Assembly (NCBI GenBank): GCA_973895155.1
Contig: OZ316896.1
Location: 18,278,754-18,342,753 of the forward strand
Source: Marsupella aquatica
Taxonomy: Eukaryota; Plantae; Marchantiophyta
DNA length: 64,000 nucleotides
Direction of reading: 5' to 3'
Shown: positions 12,924 through 25,972 of the stretch, piece by piece
How the letters are laid out: each line of letters starts with the position of its first letter
How positions within the stretch are numbered: the first letter of the stretch is position 1
The notes under the pieces: model-generated
Seen by the model: the letters and a program-made list of their open reading frames with translations, nothing else
Database searches by the model: none
What the model was told of the DNA's origin: nothing
Translations under genes and position numbers: made by a program

Positions 12924-13479
12924 AGTTGTGCTTCAGAAGTTTGCTGTTACATTTTTTTCCGATCAAATTGGGCTGTGACCGTTGACCAATTAATAAAGAG
13001 CATTGATAGTAAAGTTGTGTCCTTGGACCCAACTGGCATTTAGAGAACTAGCAATGAATGGGTGGGCCTTGCTTCCTTATACTAGCCTAAGAGGGCAGTA
13101 TTGCTAATCAGCGCAATCAGCCGACGAGACTGTTTGCTAATTTAGCAGGTCGGTTGAAGAATCTAGAACGGGTGATTCTGATTGGGAACAAAACTGAATC
13201 TTTTTTATTTTGTTGAGCTCTTTCTCATGCAAAGTAACTGTAAATTAGCCTGGAATTTCCACTTGAAGCTGTACAGGTGGAAGGAAAGAACCATTTGTTG
13301 TGATTCAAGAAGAAAATTCAGGAATCTGGAAAGTTTGAAATACCCAATCAGTGTGTTGACCACTTGGGCAGAATGTCGGCATCATTGATCCATGGATACG
13401 CATTGATATGAACTTGTGGCGTTACCTGTGAATTGAAAGAAAGAAAGAAAGAGTATGGTCGTTTTATACATAATTGTTC

Positions 13480-14171
13480 TCATCTTTGTTTTCTATACCA
13501 CTGAAGCTCCAGTTGCTCCCTTATGTCACAACCCCAGCTCCGACACTTAGCGCTGTTTTCAACCCAACTGCGCTTCACTGACGGACCCTTTATCAAATCC
13601 AGATTGTCCTTCCAGACTTTTGTGTTGCTTGGCTCTCTGCCTCTGGTTCGATAGCATGGGAGCCTAATCAACTTGAAAGAAGGATCCTTAAATTCAGAAA
13701 GGACGACGCTTGTATCGTCCAAGGGGCCTATCGGAAAATGTGATAGGAACTACAGAGCAGCTACAAAGCAATAAGCCTGAGCTGAAACTCAGTATCTAGC
13801 GCTTCTGGTATCTGAGTAGTGTTAAGTCTCTCTCCGACAGAACGGCTCAGGTAAATCCTCTTAAGCTAAGTTTGATCAGAGTGAGCAAAGAAATGAACTA
13901 CTGATAAGAAGAGTAGGTGAAAAGTCTTCTTGCGCAATGGTGCCTACTACGAGTAAAGGATTTCATGTATTTCCGGCGGCTGCAGCATGGAAGAAATGTT
14001 CATAACACTCTTTTCTGAGGTAGTTTGTTCATATCCTGATTCTGTTAAACCCATATCTGCCAAACCCATAGTTTTCGCTAAAGTCCTCACCATTGAGCTA
14101 TTATTTTCATGCCCTGGTTCTGCTGAACCCATAGTTGGCGCATCTAGCGACAACATATTTCTGATGAACAA
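13480..14171 (-). pseudogene. Possible decayed coding sequence of unknown family
   Basis: Two protein-like ORF pieces (13947-14171, 13480-13722) separated by stops. No family could be assigned. Confidence 0.2.
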
Positions 14172-15243
14172 AAAGCAACTCCGGAAATTTACATATTCTA
14201 CGCTACAAAGAATGGTCTATGTGCAGTGACGTCCGGTTCTACTTTAAAGGAACAATTCTATCTGGATCAATGATTTTTCGATTTCCTTCGACCTCCTTCT
14301 ATTTCCTTCCGGTGGAAAACCTTGTTGCCAGTGTTGCCTTTGATACAAGCCGCAATTAAAACTCAATTGTAAGATGTCCGTTCAGGTTAATTTATGGTTG
14401 CGGAACTGAAGATAACTCCATAATCAGAACCAGTAAGGTGTTAGTCCTTGACATCCACAACCGGCCGTCTTCGCTCAAACATTCAAATGCATTAAATCCA
14501 TCAAAGGAAATGCAGCCTTAAAATGGCCAGATGCCTCAACCAAAATAGTTCACAACCTTCGCTCAAATAACCTTCGTTCTTCCCTTAGCAAAGGACCACT
14601 AGTACACATTTTCCTCCTTGCGATGCGATCCTTGCCCAAAGTGAACTTCGAGGAGCCGGATTCATGCATATGACATCCTTTGAGATTTAACGTGAAGCAA
14701 TCTGATTAAGATCGCTAGGATTTTCTGTCAGGTTCTTTGGAGTGCAGAGACATAGAACCAATCTGGGCAGGAAGATATTTTGGAAATGTGAACCTTGGCC
14801 AAAACTGTATAAAGCAAGCAGAGAATTGACATCGTGCACGTAAGAATCGAATTTCATAGAACCAAGGTTCACAAAACCCTAACAACCTTGGCAGGCACAG
14901 ACAGGTTATGTACTAAACGTTTTTTCCTATTTCCGTTTTGTATCTGAAGGCAGAAGCACGATAAACCCTGAGCTTGTGGTCTTCAACCTACTGTTCTTTT
15001 CTCTACAAGTCAGAAGCTACAAAACGAGATGTATGGAGGTGCAGAGAAATATCACAAACAACTGATGGGCACTAGGCAGTCGTAGAAATTAGAACAACCG
15101 ACCTCTTCCGCAACAGAGCACGGCCGAAACACATGATATACAGTACCTGTTTGCATCAGAGACCTATCAAGCTGTAGGGTTGAGAAGGGAGTTAGGGACT
15201 AAAACAACCAATCGTGCACAAGAGTTCAGAACCTTCAATTGTG

Positions 15244-17295
15244 TTAAACACCTCTTCCGCTCGGCAATGCAGCGAAGACAGAAGAGATGACTTCATTTGA
15301 AAGCAAAAACCCTTCAGGATCAGTCAGACGCGCAAAGGCTGCCTTTCTAGTGGATTCACCGCTTTGTAAATTTCTATGTGTTTCACTGATACGACGTCCA
15401 TCATTTCCTTCTGAACAACCCTCAGCAAGGATGGTGTAGTTGCCTCTCGTCAATCCTCTGATGGCTACTGTATTGCACAACTTACTTACATCGCCCTTGG
15501 CGTCTTTCCAGTTTTGAATGTACGTGCTACCAGAAATTATCTGCCTTTGTGCATCAGTAGCCTCAACAAGCCCTTTCTCTACAAATGGTACAAGGCCGTG
15601 ACACAAAGTGGCAGTGAGTGACGAACCAAATTTCGCTTCAAATTCTGTAAGGTTCAAGCCGCGTGCTAAACGTAAAGAGAGCATTACTGTATCCAAAATT
15701 TGATCCTCTACACTACTAGATTCTAAAACCCCAGAGGTTTCTGGTTTAGAGGCCTCTAGGTTTTGCACATAAGCGGCATAATCTTTCAGTTTTCGGGGCC
15801 TGGAGAACCTAAGACCTTTGACATAGCTGGTGGATCCTAACCCAAATGCATAGTAAGGCTGGTTCTCCCAGTAGACAAGATTGTGTCTACATTGGAACCC
15901 GGGCATGGCGTAGTTACTCACTTCGTAATGGTCATATCCTGCTTCCCTGAGCCTTCTCGATGCAGTGCAGTAGAGCTCCGCCGACTTCTCATCACTAGGA
16001 AGAGGTTCCTGCCCAGCTTTGAACCAGCGATTGAAAAGAGTGCCCTCCTCAATCTGCAGGTCGTACACCGAGACGTGGGCAGGGTTTAAGGATACTGCTT
16101 CTTCTAGAGAATGCTCCCACTGCTGCAAACTTTGGTTAGGCAAGGACGCTATCAGGTCTAGGCTCCAGTTCTTCAGCCCGTTCCAGTGAATTGCATCGAC
16201 TGCATCATAGACCTCCTGCAACCCGTGCGCTCTTCCGCACGCTTGTAGAAGCTCCGCCTGGAAGGATTGTACTCCCAGAGACAGCCGCGTGACTCCGCTT
16301 TCCAAGAATCCAGCCAATTTGACTCTGTCAAATGTCCCCGGATCCATTTCCATGGAGATCTCGGCGTCACTTGCAATCTGAAAACGACACTTCAGCTCTT
16401 CGATGATCCGCGCCAAGAGTGGAACGGGAACAAGAGAAGGCGTTCCTCCTCCGAAAAACACAGTTTTCAACGGAGGGCCAAACTTCAGGGCTCTTTCCGC
16501 GGTCGTGGCAATCTCTCTACAAACCAAATCAACATAATCACTCATAAACGAGTCTATATGAGATGTTGTCTGCTCCGTCCTCTCTCCCACGGCAAGAATT
16601 GGGAAGTCGCAGTAGAAGCAGCGTCGCCGACAGAATGGGAGGTGCACATATGCGGCAGTGGGAGCGGGTGATGCTTCACTTTCTGACGGAGGCAAAACCA
16701 ACGACGAGGAGGGATTTGTTGATGTGATCAGTGAGCGAATTGGAGCATGAGCAGAACCACCGGAATACCAAATCGAGGCAAGATTTCTCTTCTTCTGCTT
16801 TGCAATAATGTAGCAATTAGTCGGAACAGAGCAACGGCGTATTGACTGCGCATCGTCTGCGCCAAAACTCTCAACACTGCGCCCGTTACCGCCTCCACTT
16901 GCTCTTTTTCTTCTCGAGCTTCTTCCGTCCGGATCGACCAGCGTTTGCAGACATCGAAGCCGGGACGCCGATGACGACGATGATAAAAGGGAGCGCGATG
17001 CAGACTCGGGAAAAAGCAAATACCGCGAAAGACACAAAGAGGAGGATGAAGAGAGAGATGATGAGCTGCGATGCTGCTGCGAAGAGAGAGAAGACAGTGA
17101 AGGCAATGACATTGATAAGGAGGACGAGCCCGCTGTCGTTGCTGCAGCCGAAGAGAACGATTTCTCAGAAGTAGGGCGGAGACAATCTGTTCCTTGAAAT
17201 AAAATTCCCGATATCTCACGACGAGAAGCAGGAGCCGCAGCAACAATTGTGTTGCTGCTACTGCGAAAGAGGTGGAGATGGCAAGATATTCTCAT
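15244..17295 (-). CDS. hemW: HemN-like radical SAM protein, HemW/RSAD1 heme-chaperone type, organelle-targeted, intronless
   Basis: AYVHLPFCRRRCFYCDF (CxxxCxxC), FFGGGTPS, RLSLGVQSF, YEVSNY and the HemW-type HNLVYW motif. Long Ser-rich N-terminal extension; first ATG at 17295. Confidence 0.92.
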   Translation of the reverse strand: MRISCHLHLFRSSSNTIVAAAPASRREISGILFQGTDCLRPTSEKSFSSAAATTAGSSSLSMSLPSLSSLSSQQHRSSSSLSSSSSLCLSRYLLFPESASRSLLSSSSSASRLRCLQTLVDPDGRSSRRKRASGGGNGRSVESFGADDAQSIRRCSVPTNCYIIAKQKKRNLASIWYSGGSAHAPIRSLITSTNPSSSLVLPPSESEASPAPTAAYVHLPFCRRRCFYCDFPILAVGERTEQTTSHIDSFMSDYVDLVCREIATTAERALKFGPPLKTVFFGGGTPSLVPVPLLARIIEELKCRFQIASDAEISMEMDPGTFDRVKLAGFLESGVTRLSLGVQSFQAELLQACGRAHGLQEVYDAVDAIHWNGLKNWSLDLIASLPNQSLQQWEHSLEEAVSLNPAHVSVYDLQIEEGTLFNRWFKAGQEPLPSDEKSAELYCTASRRLREAGYDHYEVSNYAMPGFQCRHNLVYWENQPYYAFGLGSTSYVKGLRFSRPRKLKDYAAYVQNLEASKPETSGVLESSSVEDQILDTVMLSLRLARGLNLTEFEAKFGSSLTATLCHGLVPFVEKGLVEATDAQRQIISGSTYIQNWKDAKGDVSKLCNTVAIRGLTRGNYTILAEGCSEGNDGRRISETHRNLQSGESTRKAAFARLTDPEGFLLSNEVISSVFAALPSGRGV

Positions 17296-18655
17296 GTAAT
17301 TCACACTGGCAGAGCGTAATTGTTCCCTTCTCAGCTCAGCTCGGATTCCTCTATCCCAGAATCGTCAATGTTGCGCAAACCTGACTAGATGTGTCCGAAC
17401 AGTATGGACCTAATAATTAAGTAGTAGCATTAGCATACACCAACCTGAAATCTCAAAGTGCTTCCAACTTTGGAAACAGCCCACTCTTCAAAGGATTCCT
17501 GATTTCATCAGCTGCTAGGTTTTTGTCCGTCTGAGGAGCCTGTCACATCTTTCTGACCATCACTGTCTATGGCAAAACGCTGCACATTCTGCACATGGAG
17601 ACAAGTCAAAAGATCATCACATTTCCGACTGTCAACTTGCTACCGAGAATACTTTCCCCGAAGACAGAGAGAGGTAAGACCAAGTAGGGAAGGAAAGGGT
17701 TGAAAATTGTAGAGATAAAACTTCTTCGAACCTTCCAGTTCATTCATCAATAAACGTCTACTGAAGAGCAACCAAAACTGTACGAGTAACTAAGAGCTCA
17801 AGTAGAAGTCCCCCTGCCATTCATTCTGGAAACTAGGGCACAGGAAGACCTAAGAAACCAGGGCTAGTATGAAAGCTTTCTACTTAATGTCATAGATTCT
17901 GCCGAATTACATTGTAACAAATTGCTCACTCGGACGGATATAGATTCTCAAATAGAAGAGCCAACCAAGCCCCTTGACAGATTGGTTCACCCAGCTGATA
18001 AAGCCAGGTGGGAATTCCCTCGTAATTGGATACACAGGACCACTACGGCAGAAAAGCTCAGGCCCTCTCTGGGAAATTATCAGAGCTCGCTTGGGAACAC
18101 AAGAGAATGGTTCACACGCATAGGTAACTCGAGAGGACAGACTGAGAAGCTCGATCGAACCAAAACCCACAGGGTGAGATCCATAATCGACGCCGGGAGA
18201 AACAACTCTGAATGCCCCCAACTCATCAGTAAACGAAACAGATGTGCAAGAAATGGGATTGGTCACTTACTTTCCGCTCAACGCAGCTCCGAAGAATCGA
18301 CAGCAAAGCCACACATCTGGGCTCGTCGTAAGGCTTGGCAGCCACACAGTTCAGCAGCGCCACGGCCTCTGTGCCACAGGGGAGGTTCCCTGCTTGCCCT
18401 GCCATGGTGGGATGAGGTGAGGTGAGGTGACGACTCCTCTCGATTCAGCTAACAGCCCAATAATCTACAGAGTGCCTCTTGGGCGGATTGCCCAGATTTG
18501 GCAACACCGTAGGTGAAATTGAACTATTGAAATTGAAGCGATGGTCAGTATCCAGGAATCGAGACACGTCGAACTGTTACCCCCCTTCTCCCCCAACCTC
18601 CGTCAATCACATGCGTGCTAAATCCTTGTTACGCAATAGAACTCTACGTAATTTG

Positions 18656-18768
18656 AATGCAGGTTAAGGGTGTGTAATGCAGGTTAACGGTGTGTAAAGC
18701 AGGTTAATGGTGTGTAATGCAGGTTAATGGTGTGTTAATGGTGTGTAATGCAGGCTAATGGTGTGTAA
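18656..18768. repeat. 20-bp minisatellite (aatgcaggttaatggtgtgt), about 5.5 units
   Basis: Directly visible tandem units with single substitutions and one truncated unit. Confidence 0.9.
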
Positions 18769-20618
18769 ATACTTTCGGATGCACCCACTATTTCTAGGAT
18801 CTCTTGCAAGGTTAAGGTTAGTGAGCTTTCTTGGAGCAAGGTGTTTTATGGGCTTCTAGGAATAGGGTTCAAGTTAGCACCAGTAGGGACTGGGTCAGTA
18901 TTAACTCAGAAACAGGTTCCCATTGTCATGCGACAACTCACTATTGTCTAGCCTTAACCTTGTCTAGCCTTAACCTGCCGCTGCCCCCCTTGGCCCGGTT
19001 CCCCTTCCCCTTACCCGTATATGAGTTAATACTGACCCAAATACAAAAAGCGATGCGGGTTGATAATTAATTTTGTTTGGGGGACACATTAGTAATATCG
19101 GATAGTTTGGGGGACAGGTCAGTAAAAATCTGTTTCCTAAAATTGTGGAGCAAAGTCTCATGGCAGAGAAGACGAATGTGAAAAAGGGAGAAGTCTTGGA
19201 CACTTCTCATTTTATATACCCACTGGTGGTTAAGTACTAGGGAGTCTTTATAAGAAGTGGGTGCATTGTTTTTTTTTTGTGCCCTCTAAGATTCAATCCT
19301 GCCCATATAGTCAGTGAAAAGGGCAATAGTTGGCTATACAAAGAACTATGGGGCCCCATTCAGGTACTGTGTTATCTGACCATATATTCGGAGGAAAGGA
19401 TCTAGAAGACTGTACAAAGAAAGATGGGGGCTCATTCAGGTATTAATAATGTTATTCCATCCAAGATTCAATCTGGACCCTGTAACAATTGCAAAGCTTT
19501 ACAAGAATTGGGGCCATTCAGGCAATGGGAATGTGGAGTGCTGAGGGTGGTTTTACAAGACCTTGCGGCCACTGGTTCTTCCTATTCCTTCAGAGATTAA
19601 TTCTGGGCCGTCTAATGACTGGAAAGGGGAGTAGGTGACCATTGATGGTTTCAAACCTCCTTGTGTACAATGATCAAATACTTGTAACGTTATTTTCGTT
19701 GAAGTTGAAAGTTTCCCGTCCATCGTTTGTTATCTCCCCATGTACTAGGGTTACTTCAGCAAACCATCTTCTGCACTCCATGTAATTATCGGGCTTATAT
19801 TGTGAAAAGAGACCGACCCCAGTTTTTCAGCGTTCTTGGACAGGCAATTGATCATTCCGAATAGGAGTAACACAGACTTTAGCTCTACGACGGTGTTGTT
19901 ACTAGGAACCTATGCACGACCCATTGAGAAAACGCGCACTTCCCCCCATTTACACCAGTCAATCGATTGCGCTAACTATCTCGCTAAGGAGTACCTTTTG
20001 AGGAATAGATGTGCTCTGACTGTCATGGTCACAATTACCTTTCTATGATATGCCTGTACTCACAGAATGCCATCCAAAAGTTCCTAGGACTCAAAGGTCA
20101 TCACCATGAATATTAATTACAAAATTTGCTAGCCTTGCTTTTTGGTCCGAATAACTTACACATTGTACTGGCACATCAAAAGTGAAACGTAGGCTGCTGG
20201 GTACGATAGCCACGGCGAAGGGAAACTAACGAAAAGTCGAATTGTACATGTGTGTGTACGGATCCATCATGGTTGTCATGGCATTAGACATATGTTTGTA
20301 CGGATCCATCAATTGTTCTAGATATTCTTGCATCGTCTGACACATTGAGGGGTTTCGAAATCCAAACGTTTGTTGGAGTGAATTTTAGTGATTGATTCCA
20401 CGAAAATATTGTTTCTTGCTGTCGAGTATACTTGGGATTTACACTCCTGTTGGCACAGGCACATTACAGTCCGATTTTGGAGGCGTACTCTCTCGTCTTC
20501 CACACAGGTGCAAGGGGTTTATGAAACAAAGACTCACCGAGACGCGCAGCCAACAATCCTTGATCGCAGACCTTCTAACTTCAAGATAACCCGAAGAACA
20601 CAAATCAACGGGACTTCC

Positions 20619-20754
20619 GGCTATTCCCAGCTTTTGGTGTGGACTAAATTGACAGTCAGCACACTTGTGATCGGCGGAGGTCACAAGGCTATTCCCAGCT
20701 TTTGGTGTGGACTAAATTGACAGTCAGCACACTTGTGATCGGCGGAGGTCACAA
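20619..20754. repeat. Perfect 68-bp tandem duplication
   Basis: ggctattcccagc...ggaggtcacaa at 20619-20686 and 20687-20754. Confidence 0.92.
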
Positions 20755-21428
20755 GATCAAACGTCCAAAGCGAAGTACTTCCTCTATAAATGGAAAATAT
20801 TAATTTCGTCATTTAGAAGGTCGTAACACTGGCAGTGGACAACCCCACTTAGCTACAACAATAGAAACGAAAAGAAGCCGAGGGAGGATTCTGACCATCT
20901 TGCCCTAAATAAGGCCACAACAGTGCATAGAACTTCCTTTAGTGTGTTCTAGTCTGTAATTGTCATTAGCCAAGCCATCCAATCGTCAATGGTGGCGAAG
21001 TGCAAAGAGATGTAGCCACGGACAAGGCATCCAATAACACATTTTATTGGATGTCCCGATTTGTTTATTTACAAAGAATCCCCAGATATTGATATACATG
21101 ATCTCGAAAAGTCAGTTTACCGAACCTTACCTAGAATGTGTGTATTACAGGCAAAGGAAATAGACTGCAAAATCTTCGTATTTCAGCGTTGGAAAACCCC
21201 TGTGAAGGTTACTCCACGTTCTCGAGGCTTACAGCGCTAGTTTCACCAAGAAATAACCTGAATTTATGGACGGAACCACAAAGGTTAATCAAGGACAAGC
21301 TCTCTCAAATCCTGCCCTGGAACGTTATGTACTTGCATTGTTTTCAAGAAGAAGCTGAATACTTGCAGACAAACAGAGCTGCTGGTCAACTTAGCTGTGA
21401 TAATAAAACAGAGGATATCTTACTGGTC

Positions 21429-23859
21429 TTATCCAAGCCACTGTTCCGCAGAACGTTCTCCACTCGACCCAACAGCGCGACGAATGCTAATGTGCTCCCG
21501 AGCATACTGACTGGACAGTCGCTCAAAGGGAGTAACATCCAGCTTTCCGGTACTTGGCTTGCTGTACTTTCTAGTAACAAGCTGTTCGCGAATGGTTCCC
21601 CACAAGTGTTCAATTGCTTGTCTTTGTGAAACTGTAAACTTACTGACAGAATCATATGCGTGCTTAGCTAGTATATCAATGATCGTTTGAGCCCTGAAAA
21701 TTACAGTAACGTAAATCAGAAACCAGAAAATTAGATCCAAACAAAACGAAGATAAAGACTTCGCATTCAAAAACTTGCGAAGTACAAAATGTGCTGGGTG
21801 ATAAGAAGAACCTACCATTGCAATTTGTACTGATCTGCAGCAACCTTCAGGCAGGCAATAAGTGCTTCTCGGCGCCCATTCAATAACCTTGCAGCATCCT
21901 TCTGGGCCTGTAGAGTGGCAGCTTCTTCATCCTTTTTCCTGCGCGCCCTTTCCTCCTTCTTTGACAGCCTTGGGATCAAAGCATTCAGGCCAAATGGGTC
22001 ACTCTCCTCAAAATTCTCAATTGAGTCACTCTTCCCTTCCCTCTCACTATCTACTATGAGCAAAGAATTATTGGCACCTCTCTCATTGGATGATTCACTT
22101 CCTGACTGCATTGAAGCGCCTCCAACGTCTTCAGGTACTAATTCGTCATCGTCATTAGCCTCTGGCAGCGAATCGATGCACTGCCGCACACGAGATGACG
22201 CCTTGGAAAACTGCAGGGAAATTCAGGGAATGCATGCATCAGCGCTGGTAGACAGGCATTGTGCTAACAAGCTACGACTAACGAAACAAAGTCTCTCCAA
22301 GGGGAGTATGTTGTAGACTTGGCTCAAAAGGGTATGACAAGTAAACCAGTGGAGTCCTTGGCGAAGACATAACAATCTCAAAGGGGATGAACCTACCACA
22401 AAAGTGTCATCAGTCCGAAAGTCATTGGCCAGAACTGCCCATAGCTCCCAGACTTCAATGTGTGCTCGTTGAGCAGGAGCAAAGCACTGGTAAGAGTAAA
22501 CATGACGTTTCATCAAGTAATGTTAGGCAATCCGGAAGCACCAAAGTTTCTTTACTAACAGAGGAAACTTTCCATATACCGGTTTATCGCATATTTCAAA
22601 AAGCATATAAGACTCTGCGCCTATGATCATATGCTGAAGTTACCTGAAGTAAGAAGTTTACGGACAAGGACTGAGTTTAGAGTCCAGCAACAACAAACGT
22701 CACACAGAGCTTAATCTTCTACGCAGTTAATAGAACAAAGCTGAGTAAACTAATCCAACCAGGGCCAAAACTATCCAATGCGTTCAGGTGTTAACGTACC
22801 TCAAGGTGATCCAACGCAGCACTGAAAAGTGAATGATAGTCCGTCCACAGCTTGGAGTCAACTGCTTGAGAAGGTGATGTCATAGCTGCTCTCAGAACTT
22901 CGAAAAAGGCATTCGCTGTGTCGGAGTTGACATTTCCTGCTTGCAGGAGTTGCAGAGCAAGTTTGGAAGCTTTGGAAAACTTGCCAGCATTTCCAATATG
23001 GGACGAAATTTTGCCCATTGCTCCCAAGATCTGCTCTTCACTAGCTTCTACTTCATCGGTCTTAAAACGTACTCGCCTGCTTTCTGAAGGAACAGAAAAC
23101 ATTGCTGGTCAGCCAAACGGCAAACTAGATACAACAACAAATAATCAAATTCTCCAAGATAATTCTACAATTTGAAGTGTATACGAGAAAACAATATTTC
23201 TCTGAACTAACGATCTCCTGATAAACACGGTGCAAAGGACTTTTAGGCAACTCCAATCAGAGCTCAATTTAAAATGACTAGTTTCAATCGGACTATCAAG
23301 GAATGGTCTGTTTGCGACCTAACTTCACGACCTGGTCGGGTTCCACCACTATATTAACGCAAAATTATACTATGGCACCTTAAGAGCCCCCCTCAATTTT
23401 TGGGGCAAAGCCAAGTGCTGACACCTGGTGTTAATGATTTGCAGTCAGTAAAAGAGTCTTCATGTCAGGACCGCTTGTCAATATGAAGTATCTTCTATGG
23501 AAGGACAAAGAAACGCCTTCGAATTGAAATTCCAAAACGCCAGAAACGTATGTTCGGCACTCTGATGGCTTTTTAACTTGAAACAGCAGAAACAGACACA
23601 ATTCCAGCTGAGAAAATTGGAACGGACTGAGAAAAAGTAACAGCACGAAAAATCCAGGCAGAAGATTAACACAATACTATATCAGAATATTACCGGCAGC
23701 ATCAACTTTTTCCTTTGGCCGCTTGCTAGACAAAACAGGAGTGATTCGAATTGCAGGTGCAGGCGCAGCTGACACCTCGGATGCCGGAGCCGGTTGCGCA
23801 ACAGGAGGAGGACGTGCAGGCGGAGGCAAACCCTCGAACAACGAGCCCTTCATATCCAT
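21429..23859 (-). CDS. Conserved uncharacterised plant protein (5 exons)
   Basis: Approximate exons 23694-23859, 22800-23091, 22394-22471, 21816-22210 and 21429-21693. Motifs SLFEGLPPP, RRVRFKT, KISSHI...KFSKASKLA, NDFRTDDTFVFSKA, DPFGLNALI and C-terminal ISIRRAVG...AEQWLG. Confidence 0.82.
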
Positions 23860-23936
23860 CTCTGTACAAGACCCTTAATTCTAGAAAAATGCCCCGTCCA
23901 CCGGTGATCCCTCTCCTCCTTTCACCGTGATTAGGG

Positions 23937-24521
23937 CTCAAATCCCCGAAATGCCGCACACTCTTCGTCCTACTATATCCCTCGATTCCCTGTCCCTCCT
24001 CTTGCTCCGCTTGCTCGAGCGCTTCCTTGCTTCTCTACTCCCCACCAAAACAGCACGGCAATTTGTCGCTCTCCGCTCCTCCTTTTGCTCTGTCTATCTG
24101 TCCGTCTGTCCTCTCCACCCCCAGAAGCGAAGTCCTCCTCTGCTCAGCCCTTCCACTCACTTTCGCCTCTCCTCAATCGCACCCTCTTCGCTCGCATCAA
24201 GCCAAGCGTGCCAGCCTCCGTCCCGTGCCTCTGCCTGCGTAGAGCAGTGCAACGCAAGCCCAAGCTACACAGCACAGCAATGCCAATGCCAATGCCAAAG
24301 CCAAGCGCAGCAATGGATCACCGCCGAACACCGGCAAGCACTTCGAGTCGCTCCGGACTAGGGTGCTGCAGCGTCATCAACCTCTCGAGCAAAGCGTTTC
24401 TCTGCCTGCTCCGAATCAAGGACTTTGGCCTTGCTCCTGGCGATGGTGGTCAGCAAAGCTTCGAAGCCAGTCGAAGAGAGGAGGAAGGGGAGAGAACGAT
24501 GCACTCATACACGAACTTTGC
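23937..24521 (-). repeat. Copy A of a diverged ~600-bp inverted repeat; upstream/5'-leader region of the 21429-23859 gene
   Basis: Collinear with the reverse complement of 27517-28132. Shared blocks include cttgctcgagcgct, acagcacggcaattt, tctatctgtccgtctgtcct, atcaccgccgaacaccggcaagcac and cgtcatcaa.ctctcgagcaaa. Confidence 0.92.
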
Positions 24522-25184
24522 TTGGATTCTATATTACAACTTTTTAAAATTATATTGTCACTAAAGATATTCTAATTTTCAATATAATCATTTTTTTTAT
24601 TGTATTTAATTATGTCATAGTTTCAATATATTCACACCTTGGTTATTTTGTTGAACTTGTCATCCTTATACAAAACAAAACTGTGACATATTTATAAATA
24701 CAAAAAACCATGGTAATATTATTAATTTGACCATCTTTAGTGACAAACTAATTAAAAGTTGCTCTATATTAATCTCTATTGTGTAGACAGGAGGGAGAAA
24801 GTGAAGAGTGCACAAGGTGATGTAGTCTTTTAGCAAAAGAAGTTTGTGCCATCCCAAAATTGCAACAAGAGTCATCTTTAAAGTTGATAGTTGCTGCTTG
24901 ATCAGGGCACCAAAGAATCATATCATCAACAATAATTTCACTTCAAATAACTCTAAATGTGCACTTGATGCATTGTGGTGTGCCATCCAAGATTGGAACA
25001 TCAAATTTCCACCATAGATCTCATTTTAATCTTGAGCGATCATATTGGAAGATATACTAGCACCAATGCAAAATTGTGAGAGTGAAATTCACATCCATCA
25101 CAATGTTTGACAGGATGTTCAAATAGACCCTTAAAACCCATGTGTGTGGATCACATTCAAACATTATTTTTACTCACAAATAAT

Positions 25185-25526
25185 TGTTAGATATTGCTCT
25201 AGTCTTGTGACTCATGAACTAACCATAGTTAGTCTAACTCGGGTTAGGACTTAGCTAATGTTAGCGGTAGTGCTGTTGTGCATATAGCCGGGGCTGATGC
25301 CAGACCCTGGGGGAACTTAGGCTCATTGTTACGGAGCTAGTTGAGAGATAGGGAGCTTGTGCTGTGGATGTTTGGTATGGTCGGTTGACCTAGAGTGCAG
25401 TAAAGCTCTTGTGTGTTCCCGTGGACGTAGCCTCATGTGGAGGTGAACCACGTATCTCTCTGTGTCGACTATTGTGCGTTGAATGGTTCATGGGCTTGCT
25501 GTTGCGAATGTCGTCTATGCTCAACA
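25185..25526 (+). mobile_element. Solo LTR (342 bp), probably Copia-type
   Basis: Termini TGTT...AACA. Exact 5-bp TSD ATAAT at 25180-25184 and 25527-25531. Internal cccgtggacgtagcc...gtgaaccacgta motif typical of plant Copia LTRs. Confidence 0.88.
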
Positions 25527-25794
25527 ATAATGTTTCACCAAAATACATTCCTTATTCACATTTTTTGAAAGTTAATGAAATGATAAAAAATAGTCATGCA
25601 TGTTATCATTTTCATAATCTAACACTATAATACGCAATCCCGCCCATTTGGCCACTTTCGTCCGTCGTCCCGTTACGAATTCAAATTTCAGCGGGAATCA
25701 ATCTTAACCGTCAGATACAAGCATCTCATTTTTCGTAGCCGTCCGATCGTGAAACGAGGCATGCACCAGATTGAATGAGGCACTCAGGCACGCG

Positions 25795-25972
25795 CAGCCC
25801 CTTCCATAGGGCTTCGCGCCCCTCCTGGCCCCGACACCCCTGCTCCCCATCCGTGGCGAATGAAGGAGGCACAAGCCTCGCTCGCCCCCCTCCATAGGGC
25901 TTCACGCCCTCTTACCTCGCTCGCCCCCCTCCATAGGGCTTCGCGCCCTCCTGCCTCGCTCGCCCCCCCATA
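25795..25972. repeat. GC-rich tandem repeat (cctcgctcgcccccctccatagggcttcgcgccct)-like, about 4 degenerate units
   Basis: ccatagggcttc(g/a)cgcc recurs at about 25804, 25892 and 25931, with a partial fourth unit. Confidence 0.75.

Noticed and set aside
17540-18425. 167-aa ORF upstream of HemW, considered as a LINE remnant
   Set aside because: No RT, endonuclease or zinc-knuckle motif could be identified.
18656-18768. Repeat array superficially like CRISPR
   Set aside because: The units are contiguous with no unique spacers, the context is eukaryotic, and no cas genes are present. It is a minisatellite.
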